A stretch of DNA of 64,000 bases from Paraspadella gotoi (lineage: Eukaryota; Animalia; Chaetognatha), in the NCBI GenBank assembly GCA_051294375.1, contig CM119271.1, positions 1,420,721 through 1,484,720 of the forward strand. Direction: 5' to 3'. Shown here in pieces: positions 58,030 through 64,000 of the stretch. Position 1 is the stretch's first letter, and every line of letters starts with the position of its first letter. The translations under genes and the position numbers were made by a program. The notes beneath the pieces were generated by a model. That model was not told the DNA's origin, made no database searches, and was given only the letters and a program-made list of their open reading frames with translations.

Positions 58030-59446
58030 AACGAATCCGCCACCTCACCTCCCCCACCTCATCTTTGTTGTCCGACGATGGTCGATCGATTGCGTCGAAA
58101 AGATGCAAAGACTCTACTAATCGAGAAAAAAAAAATGTGAAAAAAGCTAGGGAGGGGGGCGGAGATGCGCTCACTAACCCCTCGAATTTCGAGCATTGTC
58201 CTCCTTGGCTCATTTCTGTTCTTCCTAAACTGAATACGTATAGCGAACGAAAAAATACAGCATCACCGGAGAATATTTATGTTTGAACCTTTTAGTTTCG
58301 TCTTTTTTTTTTTCGTTCGCACCACAAGCTGGACACTCTTTTCTTCCATCCTTTTTATTTCCCCAAATCCCTTTTGACTAACTCGAAATGAGTTCGCGTT
58401 TCTTCCTCCCCACCGCCCGGCCTTCTCGACTGCCTTTCGACGGCAAATTAAACATAAAATCGCTCAAAGCTCGAATCGTATTTGGGTTGTGTTTTTTGTT
58501 TTGTTTTGTTTTTTTTTTAACCGCCTTTTCGATGCGGAGTCTTCCGACGGATGCCTTACCTTTCTCTCCCGCGCGCGCGGTCTTGGTCCGCCTTGAATAT
58601 ATATTTTCTAGTCTTACGAACGCAAACCTCCGTCCACTATAGGATTTACGTGCTAGATATTTTGTTATTCACATATTATGTCGGAAAAAAAAACCCGAGC
58701 GTCGATTCGAAGCCCGCGGTGCTGGCAATGTTTTTTTTATCGGAACCATTTAATCATAATTTATTTTTGTTTGTCTTTTTTTTTTCTTTCGGCCGGCGAG
58801 TTTGTTTTAATTTTTTGACCACCCCTCTATTCGCCGGCCGATCAGAATTGAGTCGCCACGCCTTGAGCAACGCCGGGTCTTCCTCTCTCGCTCGAATCGT
58901 GATCCACTATTAACACTTCCTATTTTATTATTTCGCCAAAGAATTTTGTTTGTAGGTTTTTTTTTTAATTTGGTTTTTTCGCACAACACGGAATGATAAC
59001 AACGAACTAAATTCCCCGCGACGATTGTTATCGAATCGGTCGGCGCTGCTTCCGCTTTTTTATTTTTTCCCCGAATAATGTAGTTTTTCCCGTTGTCCTT
59101 AAAGTAAACTCTGGTTTTAAAATTATCATTTTTTAACATGAAATCCTTGTTAACCTCGATAAATAGGGATTTTAAAACTCCCTCCAAAATCTTCTTTTAC
59201 TTTTGTCCGCCAAGCAGCGCTACGGCCTGACTCTTGATTATAATTGTCGGAACCTGTTTTACTTTTACCCATTTAATCCGCCAAAGTCAGCTCTTTTTTC
59301 TTTCTTTCTGGACGAAATGATCCCCTCGTCAATTTCTTTTTTTTTCTTCGTTTTTTGTAGGTTTGGTATTCTTCTCGAAATTCGCGTCAAAAAAAAAAAA
59401 AAAAGTAAAAAGACTTAAAAAGAAAAAAAAAAACGGAAAAATTGGA

Positions 59447-61051
59447 ATGGAGGACGTGGCGTCTAATCGAGTCTTGCGGTCCTCGAGCCGACGTTCCCCG
59501 ACCGAAACCGCTCCCTCCTCTTCCGGACCTCCTCCCTCCCTTTCCTCTCCCGCCGAGGAACCTGATCCCACCCGCTTTTCCCCTTCCCGCGACACCGCCG
59601 CCTCTTCGGCGCTCGACTCGGGCAGACTGTCCCGCCTTTCTCGCCCGGGCGCGGTTCGCCCCTCGCGTCGCCTACCCCCCCCTCATCCTTACTCTCGCCC
59701 CACTCGATCGTCCCTGCGCCACGCCTCCTCTCCTCCCCACCCTCCCGAAGAGACTCTTCCTCCTTCCTCGTCGTCCTCCTCCTCCTCCTCTCCGGCGTCA
59801 TCGTCGGGCGGCGCTTCGAGTCGCCGCGCCGCTCGTCGCAACTCCAACCTCGACGCCGCGTCGCAACGGCGCCTCTTCCTACGCCGGAACTTAATGCCGT
59901 CGCCGCGACTCAACGCCGATTTGGGTGCGACGGCGGCGGCGTCCAGTGCGGACTCGCCCGATTCGTCCGTCGGGTCGACCATCCAGCGTCGACTTCGCGG
60001 TGCCACCGCCGCTCGCGGTCGAAACGGAGGCGCTTCGACTCGAGCCGGCGGGAGCGTCGGCGGTGGCGCGACCCAGGGCGGGCAGATCGACTTGATTCGA
60101 GAACGCCTTCAACCGACGGAAGCACGAAGTCGATCGAACAGCGTCAGTTCTATCATCCGCGCTCGACTCACGGCCAGGATTTCCTTTGGACAGCGTCTCG
60201 GGCTGCTGCCGTCCACCTCGGCGGCGGCGGCGGCCGCTGCGTCGGCCTCAAACTCTGCCGCACCTGGAACGACGGACCGGTTGACCAGAAATGGCGCCCG
60301 TCGCGCCGCTGCCGCCGCCAACTCTGCCCCGAGTTCTTCTTCCCCCGACTCTCGCGACGCCGCCGTCCCGCTGCCCAACCTAATGGGCTACGGCGCTGGG
60401 CTACCCGGTATCGCTCCCGGAGCCGGCGTGGGACGTACGCCGGCCGAGCGGAGTGCCCTCGACGGCCCGCGACCGGAACGCGTCGCTGACCTCGCTGGCA
60501 ACGTGGGCGTCTTGTCGGGACCCGGCTGGTCGGGCACGTTGGACCGTACCAGGGGCGAAGAGATTACCGTACAGATCATCGACTTTGGCCGCATCATGGG
60601 GATCCCGCCCTACGAGACTCAACTCCTGCACAATCTCCAGGGTCAGTTTCAAGACATGCTCCATCGATCTTTCCATCACAGCATCACGAGCAGGAACTTC
60701 GAAGATATTCCACAGCGGGTCGTGGCCGAAGGGGAGGAGGGGAAATGGGAGATGGTGGGGGAAGCAGAGGAGGAGGAGAAGGCGAACGACTCGACCCCCT
60801 CGGACACCTCGATATCCTCGACCCCGACGGTCCCCGCCCCGCCCCCCAAGGCTGACCCCGCCCGGAGCTGTACAATTTGTCTAATGACGCCGGCTGTGAA
60901 CGAAGTCCTCAAGACTCTTCCCTGCAGCCACTGCTTTCACTCGGACTGTCTCAAGCAGTGGTTCACCGACCACGCTACCTGCCCCATGTGTCGAGACTGC
61001 TCCCTCTGCCGGATCACCGGCGCCTTCAACGTCACCTTCTCTCCTTCCTGA
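59447..61051 (+). CDS. Intronless RING-H2 E3 ubiquitin ligase with long disordered N-terminus
   Basis: C-terminal CTICL...LPCSHCFHSDCLKQWF...TCPMCR. Ser/Arg/Ala/Pro-rich remainder. First ATG at 59447. Confidence 0.88.
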   Translation: MEDVASNRVLRSSSRRSPTETAPSSSGPPPSLSSPAEEPDPTRFSPSRDTAASSALDSGRLSRLSRPGAVRPSRRLPPPHPYSRPTRSSLRHASSPPHPPEETLPPSSSSSSSSSPASSSGGASSRRAARRNSNLDAASQRRLFLRRNLMPSPRLNADLGATAAASSADSPDSSVGSTIQRRLRGATAARGRNGGASTRAGGSVGGGATQGGQIDLIRERLQPTEARSRSNSVSSIIRARLTARISFGQRLGLLPSTSAAAAAAASASNSAAPGTTDRLTRNGARRAAAAANSAPSSSSPDSRDAAVPLPNLMGYGAGLPGIAPGAGVGRTPAERSALDGPRPERVADLAGNVGVLSGPGWSGTLDRTRGEEITVQIIDFGRIMGIPPYETQLLHNLQGQFQDMLHRSFHHSITSRNFEDIPQRVVAEGEEGKWEMVGEAEEEEKANDSTPSDTSISSTPTVPAPPPKADPARSCTICLMTPAVNEVLKTLPCSHCFHSDCLKQWFTDHATCPMCRDCSLCRITGAFNVTFSPS

Positions 61052-62124
61052 GGACCCGCGGTCATTGTTGAACCTTCCGGGCGGCGGGGTGAGGGTTTAT
61101 TATTCTAGGAGTCGTTTAAAAAGGGACGCGGACGATACCAAGAAGTACCGTCTAATATTATTTTCCATTTGGTTTTATTTTCCTATTTTTTCATACTACA
61201 TCTAAAAATACTTTGTCGCGTTTTCGTCTTTTTTCTCCACTAATAATCTTTATCTTACGACTTTATTTTCTTTGCTATTTTTTTTCCCCCTTTTTTTGAC
61301 GTTTCTTCCTCTCCCCCCCCCCTCTGTTCTATATACCTTTTCATTTTTTGTTCCTTTTTTAAATTTTCTCAATCTTTCTCCCCCGAATGGTTCTGCAATC
61401 TGCTCTTGCGAGATAACTTTATGGTATTGTCTTACCATAACTGTCGTTGTTAACCAACCATTTCTTTTTTCATATGACTATATTTTTTTTTACTTCCCCT
61501 TTTCCGCCTTCCTTAATTCCTTCTGGTAAGGGTTCTATTTTTATCTGCTATACTTATATTTCTATATAAATTTTCGACGCAATTCATTCTCATCGTGAAA
61601 TGCATAAAACTTTAAAATGTAATAACTACAGCAGTAAAAAAAACAAACAAAAAACAAAAACAAACAAAAAACAAATCATGTATTCGTTGTTACTAACGAA
61701 AACAAAACGATGTACCTTTCTCTCTTTTTCTCCAGAATCTCAATCGTACAAAACTAGAAAAACGGAGATCATCGCTGAATATAACGGACGAGATATTTTC
61801 TTTTTCTTTTTTTTGTGGTTATTTTTTTTTTGTTTTTTTTTGTTTGAAACCCATTTTATTTTCTTAAATTAACGGAAGAACAAGATCTGTTTGAAATCAT
61901 TCTTTTTTCGTGTCTCTCTAAGTCAATAGTATAATTATTTCAACAAACATAAAAAAATGTTTTTCGGTTTCATTTCCGTTTTAATTCGTAAAATAAACGA
62001 GTCCCTTTTTGTTTTTCGCTCTCCGTTCATCATTGCTTTCGTTTTGGCTATCAGAAAAAAAACACAAAAAAAAAACAATCCGCGTATTAACAAAACAGAG
62101 ATAAGAAACCGAGAGAGAGAAACG

Positions 62125-63708
62125 ATGGCGTCGAGTCGCAGCAGCCGCGATCGAACCAAGGCTTCGGAGAAGAAGGCCGAGGACAAGGACAAGAAGAAGA
62201 AGAGAACAAAGAGCGGCTCCACCAGTGGCTCCTCTTCTTCCAGCGCCTCGTCGAAAGGCTCCAGATCCTCCTCGTCCAGCTCCTCGAGTTCATCTGGTAC
62301 GGGAGGAAAAAGAATCCGCGAGGAGGGGGGGGGGGAGGTGGCTGCCTTTTTTTTCCTCCACTGGTTTACGTTGTTGTTGTTGTTAACAACTTCGCTTCGA
62401 TAAAGTTTCCTTTTCAACGTCGAGATCTTTCGTAGTCGAGCCGAGCATAACAAATTGGCTCCATCAATAATTCAATATAAAAAACTATTCATTCACAAAA
62501 TTCATAATTAAACTTGACTCCTGACTTGGGACTTTGGTGGGTTAAGGCCTCCATCCCTCTTAGTCTTACGAGATAATAACATTGCGGGACTCTGTATTAA
62601 ATGCCAGAATACAATGGCGTGACTGATCCGAATTTTTAGTAAAACCAATACGAAAATCCATTCTTATTTATGTTTATCCTTCCTAATTGTCCATTTCCCC
62701 CCCCCCAAGATTCCTCTTCGTCTCGCTCCCGCTCTTCCTCCTCCTCCTCGCGGTCGGCGGGACGCGGAGCCCGCGGCGGCGGCGCCGGCGCCAAGCCCAA
62801 AAAGTCCGATGGCGCCGCGGCGCCCGCCGGCGACGTCAAGTCCTCGGAAAAGTCGGCCAAGGCTGACAAGGCCTCTCGGTCTCCTTCGCCGCGTCGGCGC
62901 AAGCGAAGCCCGACGCCTCCGCCACGGCCGACCAAGATCCACGTGGGCCGCCTCACGCGCAACGTCAACGAGGAGCACATCAAGGAGATCTTCTCCGCCT
63001 ACGGAATCATCAAGAACATCGACATGCCCAAGGACGCCGTCCATCGGCATCTCTACAAAGGGTGGGTTTATTTATGACTTTAGGCTTTGTAGAGTACCTG
63101 GAATTGACAACTGATCTCATTTTTAACTTGGCATCCCATAATTATTACCCTCAACCAAGACTCGTCTTTACCTGAAGTGCAAACGTGTTTATTATTTTAT
63201 ATGTATAATGTAGTATTTTTCAGATTGTAAATTGTTAATTCCCTATGAGGTCATATTAATGTCTATTGTCTTCTTTCCTTCCGCAGGTTTGCCTATTTGG
63301 AGTTTGAGACGGCGGACGAGGCGGATAAGGCGATGAAGCACATGGACGGCGGGCAGATCGACGGACAAGAGATCAGCTGCGCCCCGATCCTAGCGCAATT
63401 GCCCAAAAAGTCCAGAGTTATGTCGGGTAAGTTTATAAATTACAAATTATTCAGGATAGTTTATTTGCTTTAAGGTCATTGTCGTTCACCTCTTTCCAAC
63501 AGGCCGTTCTCCACCCCGTCGAAGCGGCGCCGCGGGCCGCTACGGCCGATCCCCTCCTCGATACGGCGGACGTCGTCGGTCGCCGCCGCGGGGTCGGGCG
63601 CGCTCCCCGCCAGCTGCCCGTCGTGCCCGTTCAAGATCACGTTCTGGCGACCGGAAGGACAGGCGGCGCCGAGGACGCAGCCGATCCTCTTCCTCCTCTT
63701 CGCGTTAA
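62125..63708 (+). CDS. RNPS1: RNA-binding protein with serine-rich domain 1
   Basis: Exons 62125-62296, 62710-63061, 63287-63426 and 63503-63708. Ser-rich region, PTKIHVGRLTRNVNEEHIKEIFSAYG RRM, KHMDGGQIDGQEI, RS/P tail. Confidence 0.95.
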
Positions 63709-64000
63709 TCGAACGAATCCAAACTTTTTGTATTTTCGTCCCCGATTTTTTGCGATCGGCTCGATCCGCGATACAAATGGCCGGGATGGAATTTTGATGG
63801 ATCCAATCTTGACAAAACGAGATCCGCGCTCTACGTTCATTTCGAGCGCGAGATCTCTTTAGTCGAACGGCTTTTGTAGGACGGAATATTGTAGTTTTAT
63901 CGTCGTCTATGAATTTCTCTGGCGACGCTCATTCGTCTTTATTTCACGTTAGTGTAATAAAAAGCGGAAAACTAACCTTTACTTAGTGTTTTGTAATTGT

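Overview
AT-rich metazoan (probably invertebrate) genomic DNA with GC-rich exons, one 10-N gap and homopolymer-indel artefacts. Twelve protein-coding genes can be reconstructed by hand, 11 of them on the + strand. They are NDUFC2; a 30-exon myosin VIIA carrying an antisense HDAC1/Rpd3 in one intron; ATG7; and a gamma-syntrophin carrying two same-strand nested genes (ankyrin-like/MYND and an ATD-less ionotropic glutamate-receptor-like gene). These are followed by TMEM128, an unrecognised gene, NEK6/7, a RING-H2 protein and RNPS1. Introns hold Helentron-like elements, several DNA-transposon MITEs and a solo LTR. Two signals stand out. (1) A dispersed family of short insertions carries minimal type-I hammerhead ribozyme motifs (CUGANGA-A-stem II-GAAACAUGUC), a shared 3' tail, 10-15 bp target-site duplications and frequent 5' inversions, consistent with Penelope-like retroposition. 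(2) The unrecognised gene has a MADS-dimerisation-like N-terminus and two tandem, homologous alternative last exons. All calls were made by eye; no database search was run.
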